This document shows positions 1-9,645 of a stretch of 64,000 nt of DNA, one piece after another; the stretch's first letter is position 1; every line of letters begins with the position of its first letter. The translations under genes were made by a program, and so were the position numbers. Under the pieces are notes generated by a model. The model did no database searches, was not told the DNA's origin, and saw only the letters and a program-made list of their open reading frames with translations. The stretch spans positions 128,001-192,000 of the forward strand of contig JAWACY010000001.1 of assembly GCA_038896535.1 (NCBI GenBank), read 5' to 3'. The stretch is from Candidatus Anstonellales archaeon (lineage in GTDB: Archaea; Micrarchaeota; Micrarchaeia; Anstonellales; J096).

Positions 1-80
1 AGAATGCTTACTTCACAGGCATTCGGCCCGCCTATAGGGGATTTGCGGTAAAGGGACCCCTAGCCCCAGCCTAGCCCGCC
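1..80 (-). ncRNA. ffs: Archaeal SRP (7S) RNA, 5' Alu-domain portion; runs off the window start
   Basis: Minus strand reads GGCGGGCTAGGCTGGGGCTAGGGGTCCCTTTACCGCAAATCCCCTATAGGCGGGCCGAA, matching the archaeal SRP RNA 5' pattern (GGCTAGGC...GTCCC...TA.C.G.AA..C.CC.ATA.GC.GGGCCGAA). GC-rich island with a TATA-like TTTAAAA about 25-30 nt upstream. Confidence 0.85.
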
Positions 81-165
81 ACATTAAATAAATATAAAAA
101 CAACTTTTAAATTTTATTGTAAAAAATTTTATTGTATAGAACATGACTAATAATTAAAAACATGA

Positions 166-837
166 CTAATAATTAAAAATAAGAAATAAAAAAATGGATA
201 AAAATGAATCTAAAATATAAGAAAGTATAAAGCTTAAACCTAAAATTAAAAATGATTTAAACATGCTAATATCATACAATCCTGATATACCTTTAGTTAA
301 ATAATAAAAGCATATAATGCTTGTTATTAAAGAAAACATGGGAAAAAGGATAAAGTTATATGGTAAAAAGGCAGATAAAAGTGATATATAATATAAAGAA
401 AAGCTAAAAACACATACTGCTAGAACTTCTGAAAATCTTATAGCAGGGATTGTTGAGCTTCTAATAATCGTTGTTTTTACTATTGTTATGACCTTTGTTA
501 TTATAAAAGCAAATATCAAGTTAAAAAGAATATTAAAAACAAATAGGAAAATTTCATTTATCATAGATAAGCTTAATTGCATCATTTCTTTTTGTAATGG
601 GGAGATATTACTTGCTAAATCTGAGTTTAAAACTGAGCTAAAATAAACATGGTTTGATAAAACATACAAAAGACTGAATATAAATAACGCAACAATAACG
701 TTATTTATCTTTTTATTACTCATTATTTTATAAGTTTCATTTCTTGGCATTAAAAATTCAAAATATTGGCTTGCTTCTATTTTTTTATCTTCTTCTATAT
801 TATTTAATGTTTTAACTTTCTTTTTATTCAGGCGCAT
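166..837 (-). CDS. Multi-pass membrane protein, possibly Yip1-like
   Basis: 223-aa ORF with about 5 hydrophobic segments; start uncertain; no clear motif. Confidence 0.55.
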   Translation of the reverse strand: MRLNKKKVKTLNNIEEDKKIEASQYFEFLMPRNETYKIMSNKKINNVIVALFIFSLLYVLSNHVYFSSVLNSDLASNISPLQKEMMQLSLSMINEIFLFVFNILFNLIFAFIITKVITIVKTTIIRSSTIPAIRFSEVLAVCVFSFSLYYISLLSAFLPYNFILFPMFSLITSIICFYYLTKGISGLYDISMFKSFLILGLSFILSYILDSFLSIFLFLIFNY

Positions 838-867
838 TAAATGAAGTGGAACATAGATTTTAAAATA

Positions 868-1353
868 CTATCTGGCCAGTGCATTTATCCTTTTAATCAT
901 TGCATGCCAATGAGTCGCCCTCCAATAAACTTTTTTGCATTTTTTGCATATATAAAATGTCCTTATGTTTTTTATTACATCTTTTGCCTGCTTTTTTTCT
1001 ACTTTCGTTAATTCATCAAATGTTTTTTTAATAAGAATGCTATTGCATTTTGGGCATCTTGTTTTTTTCTTAATAGTCAGCTTAAATGTTCTTATAAGCT
1101 TTTTTAAGCCATTAGAAAAACCATTCTTGTCTGGTTTTAATAAGAATGCTTTTGCGTATTTTCTCGCCCTATTATAAAGCTCCTTATCAGCAGTTATAAA
1201 AATTATTCTGTTACTTTTATTTTCCTCCCTTATTTTATTTATTATGTCATTATCATTCATATTCTTAATAAAAAAACAATCATAGCCCATTACTCTTAAA
1301 TATTGGGCTAAATTAAATAGCATCTCATCTATAAAAAATCTTATATTTTTCAT
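868..1353 (-). CDS. Mut7-C RNase (PIN-like) domain protein
   Basis: FFIDEML..LAQYLRVMGYD, FITADKEL, C-terminal RCPKCN...CKKCKKVYW.ATHW Zn ribbon; ATG at 1353 just after the uS10 stop. Confidence 0.85.
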   Translation of the reverse strand: MKNIRFFIDEMLFNLAQYLRVMGYDCFFIKNMNDNDIINKIREENKSNRIIFITADKELYNRARKYAKAFLLKPDKNGFSNGLKKLIRTFKLTIKKKTRCPKCNSILIKKTFDELTKVEKKQAKDVIKNIRTFYICKKCKKVYWRATHWHAMIKRINALAR

Positions 1354-1355
1354 TA

Positions 1356-1661
1356 TCAGCTTATTATAATTTTTGCATAGACATTCTCTGGTACTTTGAC
1401 CCTTAAAAGCTGCCTTAAAGCTTTCTCGTCTCCTTCTATATCTATAAACCAGGTATGTATAACTTTCCACCATCTTTCATAAGTATCGCTTCCATCTCCG
1501 CATGGAGTCCTTCTTGTAGCAACAATGAGGTTCTTTTTAGGCAATCTAACAATGCCTGATATTTTTATTCCAAGCACTCTCCCCATATTATTTATTTGCT
1601 CAACAACAAATTCAAGATCTTTGCTTGATTCCCCCTGGAGCCTCATTCTTGCTTTTGTCAT
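1356..1661 (-). CDS. rps10: 30S ribosomal protein uS10
   Basis: KARMRL..., RRTPCGDGSDTYERW archaeal S10 motif; follows EF-1alpha. Confidence 0.95.
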   Translation of the reverse strand: MTKARMRLQGESSKDLEFVVEQINNMGRVLGIKISGIVRLPKKNLIVATRRTPCGDGSDTYERWWKVIHTWFIDIEGDEKALRQLLRVKVPENVYAKIIIS

Positions 1662-1669
1662 TTTACCAC

Positions 1670-2938
1670 TCAATCTCTTCTTGCTACAATATCTAAAACA
1701 ACCCCTGCAGCAACTGTCATGTTCATATCTCTTATTGCAAACCTACCTAATGGTGGGAAATCTTGGAACCTTTCAACAACAACTGGCTTCAATGGCTGTA
1801 CTTTAACAACTCCAGCATCACCAGTTTTCAAGAAATCTGATTTGCCCAAACTTTGGCCTGTTTTAGGATCTTTTTTATCAACTATCTCAACAATTTTTGC
1901 AGGGAATGTTGCAGTATGAACATGGAAAACAGGAGTATAGCCAACACTTATTGCTGTTGGATGGTTAAGCACAATAATTTGTGCTGTGAATTCCTGCACT
2001 ACTGTTGGAGGATTAGATACTGGGCCTATTACATAACCTCTTGCTATGTCCTTCTTTTCAACGCCCTTTAAGTTAAATCCTATGTTATCTCCAGGAATTG
2101 CTTCTGGCAATTCTTGGTGATGCATTTCAATTCTTTTAACTTCTCCCTGTACTTTTGATGGCATTACAATAACTTTATCGTTTGTCTTTAATACTCCAGT
2201 CTCTACTCTACCAACAGCAACAAGACCATGGCCAGTTATAGAATAAACATCTTGGACCGGCAACCTTAATGGCTTATCAACTGGTTTTTTTGGAACGCTA
2301 AGCATATCCAATGCTTCAAAGAGAGTTGGTCCATTATACCAAGACATTTTATCGCTCTTCTTCATTAAATTATCTCCATGGTAAGAAGAAGCTGGTATTA
2401 TTGGTATTTTATCAACCTGATAGCCTATGCCTTTTAACAAGTTTTGCACTTCTGCTTTTACTTTTTCGAATGTAACCTTATCATAATTGACTGCATCAAT
2501 TTTTGATATTAAAACAATAAGCTGATTTATACCCAATACCTTTGCCAAAAACGCATGCTCTTTTGTTTGAGGCTGAACGCCATCTTTACCAGATACAACC
2601 AAAACAGCAGCATCTGCTTGACTTGCTCCTGTTATCATATTTTTAACAAAGTCCCTATGCCCTGGAGCATCAATAATAGTAAAGTAATATTTAGGGGTCT
2701 CAAAATCTTGGTGGCTTATTTCTATTGTAACTCCTCTTTCTCTCTCCTGTTTAAGCCTGTCCATTAAATATGCAAACTCGAATGTTGCTTTACCAAGCTT
2801 TTCTGCCTCTTCTCTTAATTTTTTTATTGTCTGCTCGTCTATTTTTCCGCTATCATACAATATCCTACCAACTGTTGTGCTCTTTCCGGCATCAACATGG
2901 CCTATAAAGACTACATTTAAGTGTTCTTTCTTTGCCAT
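1670..2938 (-). CDS. tuf: Translation elongation factor EF-1alpha
   Basis: GHVDAGKST, RGVTI, DAPGHRDFVKNMITGASQAD, GRFAIRDM. Confidence 0.98.
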   Translation of the reverse strand: MAKKEHLNVVFIGHVDAGKSTTVGRILYDSGKIDEQTIKKLREEAEKLGKATFEFAYLMDRLKQERERGVTIEISHQDFETPKYYFTIIDAPGHRDFVKNMITGASQADAAVLVVSGKDGVQPQTKEHAFLAKVLGINQLIVLISKIDAVNYDKVTFEKVKAEVQNLLKGIGYQVDKIPIIPASSYHGDNLMKKSDKMSWYNGPTLFEALDMLSVPKKPVDKPLRLPVQDVYSITGHGLVAVGRVETGVLKTNDKVIVMPSKVQGEVKRIEMHHQELPEAIPGDNIGFNLKGVEKKDIARGYVIGPVSNPPTVVQEFTAQIIVLNHPTAISVGYTPVFHVHTATFPAKIVEIVDKKDPKTGQSLGKSDFLKTGDAGVVKVQPLKPVVVERFQDFPPLGRFAIRDMNMTVAAGVVLDIVARRD

Positions 2939-3045
2939 AGAATCACCTTTTAGTATAAAGTTTATAATAGAAATATTTTTAAATCATAATCTCTGCACAT
3001 AATGCTTAGCAAATGCTTGGCAAATGCTTAGTGATGCTTGGCAAA

Positions 3046-3249
3046 TTATTCTACTTCAAATGCAATCTTTAGTCTAACTTTATATTCTTTTATTTGCCCT
3101 TTCTCATCTACCTTGCCTTTCATGTCAACAACATGGAAGCTTTTTATATGCCTTATTGTCTTTGCTGCTCTTTCAAGGCCTTTTTTTATTGCATCATCCC
3201 AGCTCTTGTTGCTATTGCTCATTATTTCTATAACTTTTGCTACGCTCAT
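3046..3249 (-). CDS. Dodecin family protein
   Basis: MSVAKVIEI..S..SWDDAI..GL.RA.KT.R...EYKV.LKIAF.VE; GGTGG RBS. Confidence 0.9.
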   Translation of the reverse strand: MSVAKVIEIMSNSNKSWDDAIKKGLERAAKTIRHIKSFHVVDMKGKVDEKGQIKEYKVRLKIAFEVE

Positions 3250-3266
3250 ATGCCCACCCAATATTT

Positions 3267-4895
3267 TTATGCTTGCCCATTTTTAATTGTTTGCTTTTCC
3301 CTTTTTATCTCTGCATTAAGCCTTTCAAGATTTATGCTGGCATTGTTAAGGAATTTAAACCTCCCTATTATTGGATGCACTTGTTTAATTTTATCAGCGA
3401 TTTTTATTGCAATTTTCCTATAATCAGCATGGCCTTGCTCAGAACTTCTTAATTCGCACATATGCAGGGCTTCTCTTAAATTTAATGATAACAGCCATCT
3501 TATTTTGTAAGCAAATGGCACAACATATTGGGCATTATAAGGAGATTTCTTTTCTATTTTCCTAAAAATATCATCTGCCATATGCATTGCATCATCCCAT
3601 TTCTGTTTTAATCCTGCATCTATAATTTCTTCTGGTGTATCATAGCCCAAATGCGTTGTTAAAAGCTGTCTGAATTGAGTATTTAACCTATGCCTCTGCA
3701 AATCTCTATATGCCCCAAAATTACATGTTATCTGGAATGTGTAGGAAACAAGCTCAAAAGCTCTGTTTGGTTTATGCCTTCTATTGTCCCTTGCTCTTTC
3801 ATAATCAAGCAAAAATTGGCTTTTTTGCAATGAGCTCATTTGCCTTGCATGAGCAATGGCTTTTTCAAAATCAAGGCCGGATTTCATAAATAATAAAGAA
3901 GCAAAAACATCTTCTTCTCTCCCATTTACATGAATAAGTTTAACATCTTCATCATTGTCATTAAAATGGGCCATGTTTTTATATGCTAATGCCAGATTTT
4001 CAATTGCTTCATTTAATTGGGATAAAAATGAAATATGTTTTTCCCCATAGCTTGATTTAAATCTCTTAATAAGGCTTGGCAAAACCTTTTTGAGCTCATT
4101 ATACATTTCATCAGCCAATGATTTAGCTTCATAAAGCTCGCTTGCTGCCATTTTTATAAGTAAATATTCAAAAGCCCTGGCATTTCCTGCTAGGCCAACA
4201 TTTGTTAATGTAGATGCTGGCAAAAGCCCTCTTGTTATGTCACATGCTTTTGCTTTTATTGCATTCTCGTATGCTCTTTCACTAATGTGTTCTTCTTTTT
4301 TATATCTCTTTCTCAAGTAATTTTTTATAGAATAAAGCATCTCAGCATATGTGTCAAAAAGTTTTTGCATAAGGCTGTTATATAAATCCCCATAATTTTT
4401 CATTATTGTTTGGTCTTCATAATATTTATATTTTCCATTGACTTTTTCATCAAATGCAACATATCTTGTACTTTTTTCTAATGGCGATATTCCTACCCTA
4501 GAATCTTCAAGAATTTTTGCCATTAATGAAGAACAATTTTCTACTGCTATATGGGCAAATGCCAGCTCAGCAACACTATCATCGCCATATCCTATAAATA
4601 CTCTATCAAAAAAATCTTCTGCTTTTTTAACATTTATATAGGAATGGCCCTTGCATTCTTTATCTGGCCCTTTTAATAGGCCTTCATTTATAAACTCGTC
4701 TAATAATATTCGCTTTAGGCTTTTATTGCTCCTGCTATAACGAGAAAAAAGGGCTGCTTTGACAATCTCTGGCATGTTCATTAAAGCAAAAACATTTCCA
4801 TTCACATTAGATATAAAATACTGTAATAGTGTTATTTCCTCTTCTGTAAATTCATTATTGCTGTATATGTTGCTTGGCACATTTATTATTATCAA
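3267..4895 (-). CDS. thyX: FAD-dependent thymidylate synthase, tandem-domain (long) form
   Basis: ALFSRYSRS, GYGDDSVAEL, EKSTRY, RDLQRHR, NLREA.H.CELRS..QGH..YR motifs; 542 aa. Confidence 0.9.
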   Translation of the reverse strand: MIIINVPSNIYSNNEFTEEEITLLQYFISNVNGNVFALMNMPEIVKAALFSRYSRSNKSLKRILLDEFINEGLLKGPDKECKGHSYINVKKAEDFFDRVFIGYGDDSVAELAFAHIAVENCSSLMAKILEDSRVGISPLEKSTRYVAFDEKVNGKYKYYEDQTIMKNYGDLYNSLMQKLFDTYAEMLYSIKNYLRKRYKKEEHISERAYENAIKAKACDITRGLLPASTLTNVGLAGNARAFEYLLIKMAASELYEAKSLADEMYNELKKVLPSLIKRFKSSYGEKHISFLSQLNEAIENLALAYKNMAHFNDNDEDVKLIHVNGREEDVFASLLFMKSGLDFEKAIAHARQMSSLQKSQFLLDYERARDNRRHKPNRAFELVSYTFQITCNFGAYRDLQRHRLNTQFRQLLTTHLGYDTPEEIIDAGLKQKWDDAMHMADDIFRKIEKKSPYNAQYVVPFAYKIRWLLSLNLREALHMCELRSSEQGHADYRKIAIKIADKIKQVHPIIGRFKFLNNASINLERLNAEIKREKQTIKNGQA

Positions 4896-4982
4896 AACAT
4901 ATTTAATTTCTTATGCTATGGCATTGCTATTTCATTCATTATAGCCCATTTTTTATTTAAAAACCTTTTCATAAATTATATT

Positions 4983-6008
4983 ATGGATGAATTAATGAAA
5001 AGGCTTTCAGAAGCAAATGGCATTGCTGGTTATGAAGATGAAATAAGCCAGATCATGGCTAATGAAATGAAAAAAGCTGGCCTGCACGTTGAAATAGATA
5101 ATTTTGGTAATTTATTGGCTTACAAAAAAATAACGAAAAGGCCACTTGTATTCGCTGCACATATGGATGAAATAGGGATGAGCGTAAAGTATATAGACAA
5201 GGATGGGTTTATAAGATTTATAAAAATAGGAGGTATAGATGATAAAACACTCATTAATCAAAGTGTCTTGATAAAGGGTGAGAAGGGTTATGTAAATGGG
5301 GTCATAGGCATAAGACCACCTCATGTTATGAGTAAAGAAGAATTAAAAACATTTATTGAATACAAAAACATGTTCATTGATATAGGAGCAAAATCAAAAA
5401 AAGAAGTTGAAAGGCTTGGCATATATCCAGGAAGCCCAATATTTTTCAAAGCAAGTTTTAGTGAAATGCTCAATAACAGATTTTGTGGGAAGGCACTTGA
5501 TAACAGGATAGGATGTTATTTATTAATAAAATTAGCAAAAACCTTGCCAGAAAATGTTGTGCTCGTTGGAACTGCACAAGAGGAGGTTTCAGTATTTGGG
5601 AAAGGTGCTACAATAGCATCTTATAATTTAGAGCCAAGAATATTTATTGCTGTTGATACTGCTGTTGCTGGGGACCATCCAGAAATAAAGGAGGATGAGG
5701 CTCCAATAAAATTGGAAAAAGGAGCAGTAATAACATTAATAGAGGCAAGCGGGCTTGGTAATATAGCAAGCAAGCATTTAGCAAAAAAAATTATTGATAT
5801 AGCAAAAAGAGCAAAAATTCCATATCAGCTAGAAACAATTGAAGGAGGAGCCACAGATGCAGCTTCAGTTTATAATGTAAAGGGCGGCATACCATCAATA
5901 GCAATTTGCGTTCCGACAAGATATATACACAGCAACGTTAGTGTAGCAAGCAAAAAAGATGTTGACATATGCTTAAAATTACTTGAAAGGATTGCAAAAG
6001 AGTTATAG
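4983..6008 (+). CDS. M42 family (TET-like) aminopeptidase
   Basis: AAHMDEIG, KALDNRIG, QEEV, GATDA, PTRYIHS. Confidence 0.93.
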   Translation: MDELMKRLSEANGIAGYEDEISQIMANEMKKAGLHVEIDNFGNLLAYKKITKRPLVFAAHMDEIGMSVKYIDKDGFIRFIKIGGIDDKTLINQSVLIKGEKGYVNGVIGIRPPHVMSKEELKTFIEYKNMFIDIGAKSKKEVERLGIYPGSPIFFKASFSEMLNNRFCGKALDNRIGCYLLIKLAKTLPENVVLVGTAQEEVSVFGKGATIASYNLEPRIFIAVDTAVAGDHPEIKEDEAPIKLEKGAVITLIEASGLGNIASKHLAKKIIDIAKRAKIPYQLETIEGGATDAASVYNVKGGIPSIAICVPTRYIHSNVSVASKKDVDICLKLLERIAKEL

Positions 6009-6041
6009 AGCTATTTATAGAGCTATAATCTTATGAATTTT

Positions 6042-6698
6042 TTATTTTTTAATAAATTTTTTTAATGATATATATGCCTTTTTTATGACTTTATCTAATA
6101 TGCTAGTTCTTTGCTCTAAAACTGGCATGCCTTTTCTTAATGCCATCAACAATTTTTCAGGAGTATTTATCTGAATATTATCATCAACAAATACATATGC
6201 CCTGCCAACTTCAAATGGACTATGGCTATCGCTTCCTGCTCCTTTTATTATATTATTTTCATCAGCGAATAATAGTGCCTCTTTATCAGCCTGTTCAGGG
6301 CTTTTTGCATTATAAACTTCTATAATATTGCATTCCTTCAATAGCTCTTTCTTATTTATTCCATGCCTCATAAAATCAAATGGATGCGGAGCATATGCAA
6401 TAGCTCCTTGACTTTTTATCTCATCTATGGTTTCATAAAAATCCATATATGGCCTTATCTCATCAAACAAAAAAAGGCCTATTAAATCCCCTTGTTTTGT
6501 TGTTATTTCTTCTCCAGGGATAACATAAATGCCTTGTTCCTTGCCAATTTTTTGTAATTCCTTTACTGCTCTCATTGTATTATGATCTGTTATTGCAATT
6601 GCATCTATGCCTTTTGCCTTTGCTCTTTTTATTAATTCACGCTTTGTTGTTAATGCATCTGGGCTAGCATCTGTATGGTTGTGCATATCAATCTTCAT
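6042..6698 (-). CDS. PHP-domain phosphoesterase
   Basis: DMHNHT, AITDHN, GEEI, HPF, GSDSH. Confidence 0.9.
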   Translation of the reverse strand: MKIDMHNHTDASPDALTTKRELIKRAKAKGIDAIAITDHNTMRAVKELQKIGKEQGIYVIPGEEITTKQGDLIGLFLFDEIRPYMDFYETIDEIKSQGAIAYAPHPFDFMRHGINKKELLKECNIIEVYNAKSPEQADKEALLFADENNIIKGAGSDSHSPFEVGRAYVFVDDNIQINTPEKLLMALRKGMPVLEQRTSILDKVIKKAYISLKKFIKK

Positions 6699-7299
6699 CT
6701 AATTTATTCACCTCAACATGATATTTATCTATATTTGATATGATTATTTCAGGAAATATTATTGCTGCATTGTTTTTTAAATATCTCATTACATTTGCAC
6801 ACGCAATGCTTGCCAAAAAAGCTGCTGTATATGCATTACTTCTCTCTTGCTTCTGCTTTTTTTTGAAAAAAATTGAAGAGAATTTATGAAAATGGCTGAC
6901 TTCCACTATTGTTGTCATTCCTATATTGCCAGATATTGAACAAAAAACATAAGGACATTTTATTTCTTCTGCTTTTTTTAATACCTTTTTTCTGCTCTGC
7001 AATGAATCTGTGCAATCTAATATTAAAGATGCATCAAATTTTGCTTGGGAAACATCAAATGGGATATATGCAATTTTTGTTAAGCCTTTCAATTCTTTCT
7101 CTGCAGCTTCAACTTTTTTCATCCCAATATAAGATGGCTTGCAAAATCTCTGGTTTATGTTCTTTTTCTTTATTATATCAAAATCTATGAGCAATAACTT
7201 TAGCTTTTCTCTTGCCAGCAATTCACTTACAAATGAGCCAAGCCCTCCAATGCCAACAATAGCTATTTGCCTATTTAATTTATCTTTCATCTTTATCAA
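6688..7299 (-). CDS. ThiF/MoeB (E1-like) adenylyltransferase, short form
   Basis: GIGGLGS, IDFD, N..QR, K.K, DCTDS..R; no Zn-binding CxxC pairs visible. Confidence 0.8.
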   Translation of the reverse strand: MIKMKDKLNRQIAIVGIGGLGSFVSELLAREKLKLLLIDFDIIKKKNINQRFCKPSYIGMKKVEAAEKELKGLTKIAYIPFDVSQAKFDASLILDCTDSLQSRKKVLKKAEEIKCPYVFCSISGNIGMTTIVEVSHFHKFSSIFFKKKQKQERSNAYTAAFLASIACANVMRYLKNNAAIIFPEIIISNIDKYHVEVNKLDED

Positions 7300-8516
7300 A
7301 TAATGATTCTCACGTTCTCTGGTTCTTTTGCTAATGTTCCCTTCCTTATGCCTACTATAAATTTAATGCCTTTCTCGCTTGCAACATCTATAAGCCTTTG
7401 TGTTATTACCCCATCAAAAACAACTGCTCTAATGTTATTCATTGATATTATGTTTTGCAGCATTTCTCTAACAGATATTTCTTTAATTGGCTCAAAATTC
7501 TCATCATAAAGCCTTGCCCTTAACCTCCCTTTTATGCCTTCAAGTTCATTTTTCAGCTTTGATATAATTTCATTTTCATCTCTCTGCTCATATTCCTTAT
7601 TAACAATTCTTTCTTCCCTTGGCGCATATGCCTTTACATGTCTTTCATTTTCATTTGCTCCATTTCCTTCTTGCTCTAATGGCTTTTCCCTCTTCTTTTC
7701 ATGTATTACTGGCTCTTTATTTCTCAATATCTTTATTATTTCTTTTCTTGTCAATTCCTCTACTTCCATGCCAGGCGGGGCTCTTGCAATAAAATCTATA
7801 TCAACGCCTGCATTCAACATTTCTCTCAATATTATATCCCCCCCTCTATCACCATCAAGAAATGCTGTTATCTCTTTTTTCTTTGATAACTCTATTATTG
7901 TTTTTGGCACTTTTGCTCCGCCTATAGCAATAACATTTGATATGTCATTCTTCAAAAGGTTAATGACATCTGCTCTGCCTTCAACAATTATTATCTTATC
8001 TTCTATATCAACGCTTGGCCCTGCTGGTAATCTCTCTGGCCCATATTCAACAAGACCGCTTACTTTAACTTCTTTCTTTACCATTTCTGTCAGCTCTCTG
8101 CTCTCTGGTATTTGTGTCTCTATAAGCTGCTTTAACAAATACTTCGCCTTGTCAATGATTTTCTTTCTTTTTTCATTTCTATTATCTTCAACTCTGCTAA
8201 CATTTATTGAAGCATCATAAGGCCCTACTCTATCAACTGTTTCGAGTGCTGCTCCTATTATTGCAGTCTCAACCATGTCAAGGCTAGAAGGTATTTTTAT
8301 CACTCCTTTCGTTTTTCCTCCTTCATTAGCAATTTCAACTTCTATCCTGCCTATTCTTCCATTCTTTTGCAATTCCCTTAAATCCAAGTCTTCTCCCAAA
8401 AGCCCTTCTGTCTGGCCAAAAATAGCCCCTACAACATCTGGCTTATCAACACTACCACTAACAGAAAAATGCGCATATATTGTATATTTTACAGTATCTA
8501 TATATGTTTTTGCCAT
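7296..8516 (-). CDS. dnaG: Archaeal DnaG (exosome-associated primase-like protein)
   Basis: KPDVVGAIFGQTEGLLG, VEGRADV, DGDRGG toprim motifs. Confidence 0.97.
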   Translation of the reverse strand: MAKTYIDTVKYTIYAHFSVSGSVDKPDVVGAIFGQTEGLLGEDLDLRELQKNGRIGRIEVEIANEGGKTKGVIKIPSSLDMVETAIIGAALETVDRVGPYDASINVSRVEDNRNEKRKKIIDKAKYLLKQLIETQIPESRELTEMVKKEVKVSGLVEYGPERLPAGPSVDIEDKIIIVEGRADVINLLKNDISNVIAIGGAKVPKTIIELSKKKEITAFLDGDRGGDIILREMLNAGVDIDFIARAPPGMEVEELTRKEIIKILRNKEPVIHEKKREKPLEQEGNGANENERHVKAYAPREERIVNKEYEQRDENEIISKLKNELEGIKGRLRARLYDENFEPIKEISVREMLQNIISMNNIRAVVFDGVITQRLIDVASEKGIKFIVGIRKGTLAKEPENVRIII

Positions 8517-8881
8517 AATTCCACCTCTTTTTTATAAGCATTAAAAACATTTTCAACACGCCTTGTATTGAATAAAAAAAGAAATTTCTTCCTGAATTGA
8601 GTATCAATATTGTTTATGCCATCGTGTTGAGATAAAAAAGATTCAAAAAAAGAAGCAATCCTGTCCCCATCTTCATCTAAATCAGTTAGTATAATAACAT
8701 TACCTTTAATACTTGATGGCTTATTTACAGCATTATTAAACGTTATAGCATTTATACCAAATTTCAAAAGAGATTCCCTATCTCTCTTTCCCTCTACTAT
8801 AACAGTAGATGATTTAAGTCTGTCTATGTATGAAATCATCAATTTCATTTTTTCTTCTTCTGATAAATGTGAGCATTTCAT
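8498..8881 (-). CDS. Small TOPRIM-domain protein (RNase M5-like)
   Basis: VIVEGKRD, LTDLDEDG; directly upstream of dnaG. Confidence 0.85.
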   Translation of the reverse strand: MKCSHLSEEEKMKLMISYIDRLKSSTVIVEGKRDRESLLKFGINAITFNNAVNKPSSIKGNVIILTDLDEDGDRIASFFESFLSQHDGINNIDTQFRKKFLFLFNTRRVENVFNAYKKEVELWQKHI

Positions 8882-8904
8882 GTTTATTACCCCATTTTAT
8901 GTAA

Positions 8905-8967
8905 TTTTGTGCCTGGTGCTGTTGACAAAGGCATTCACATATCATGCTTGCCATCCTGCACCAGGCA
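8905..8967 (-). ncRNA. Single-hairpin H/ACA guide sRNA with apical K-loop
   Basis: Minus strand GCCUGGUGC-AGGA-UGGCAA-GCAU-GA-UAUGU-GA-AUGC-CU-UUGUCA-ACA-GCACCAGGC-ACA: 9-bp basal stem, internal pocket, upper stem, tandem GA K-loop, ACA box right after the stem. Confidence 0.7.
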
Positions 8968-8985
8968 ATATTATGCTGAAGCATT

Positions 8986-9423
8986 TTATTCCTCCTTAAA
9001 AAATCCTGCTGCTGCCTTTTCTTCTATCAGATCAAGAACAGACGGTAAAAGCCTTAATATATCATTCTCTGTTATTATGCCAACAATATAACCTTTTTTA
9101 TCAATAACAGGCAATCTTCTAACATTGTTTTTCTTCATAATTTTTGCTGCAGTTTCTAATGAAACATCTGGAGCAGTAACAACTATTGGATGGCTCATTA
9201 TGTCTTTAACTTTAATGTTTGCTTGTTTTTCCTCTGCAACCATTTTTCTAACAATGTCCCTCTCTGTTAAAATGCCTTTAACCTCATTTTTCTCTATTAC
9301 AACAACAGAGCCTATATTGTGCCTTGCCATCAGTTTAGCTGCTTCTTTTACTGGAGCATCAGCATTTATCACTACAACATTTGTTTTCATAACATCTTTA
9401 ACTTTTAATCCTGAAGTTAACAT
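8986..9423 (-). CDS. CBS-domain pair protein
   Basis: Two CBS repeats (KVKDVM...GILTERD; KVKDIM...RLPV..GIITEND). Confidence 0.92.
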   Translation of the reverse strand: MLTSGLKVKDVMKTNVVVINADAPVKEAAKLMARHNIGSVVVIEKNEVKGILTERDIVRKMVAEEKQANIKVKDIMSHPIVVTAPDVSLETAAKIMKKNNVRRLPVIDKKGYIVGIITENDILRLLPSVLDLIEEKAAAGFFKEE

Positions 9424-9474
9424 AAATTATTTTTTATACAAAATGTTTAAAAAATGCTTGCTTTTCTCTTTATT

Positions 9475-9645
9475 ATGGGCGCATTAAAACCTGGCATGAC
9501 AGTTTTAATTAAAGTCGGGGCAGATAAAGGCAAGGAGGCAGTCATAAAAGAAATTATTGATGATAATTATGTAAAAATAAAGCTTATCAAAGGGAAAAAT
9601 GAAGTAGAGAGAAGGATAAATGTGAGGCATATAAAGATAAAATGA
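9475..9645 (+). CDS. rpl14e: 50S ribosomal protein eL14 (short KOW protein)
   Basis: PG..V.IK.G.DKGK..VI..IIDDNYV...RR.N.RH; immediately upstream of cbf5, a common archaeal gene order. Confidence 0.8.
   Translation: MGALKPGMTVLIKVGADKGKEAVIKEIIDDNYVKIKLIKGKNEVERRINVRHIKIK

Noticed and set aside
1354..1473. N-terminal extension of the Mut7-C ORF overlapping uS10
   Set aside because: The domain begins at the ATG at 1353; the extension is an alternate frame of rps10
7534..8220. Long antisense ORFs (also 62017-62616, 50661-51140, 20708-21151 and similar)
   Set aside because: Shadows of conserved genes on the opposite strand, with S/F/I/L-rich composition
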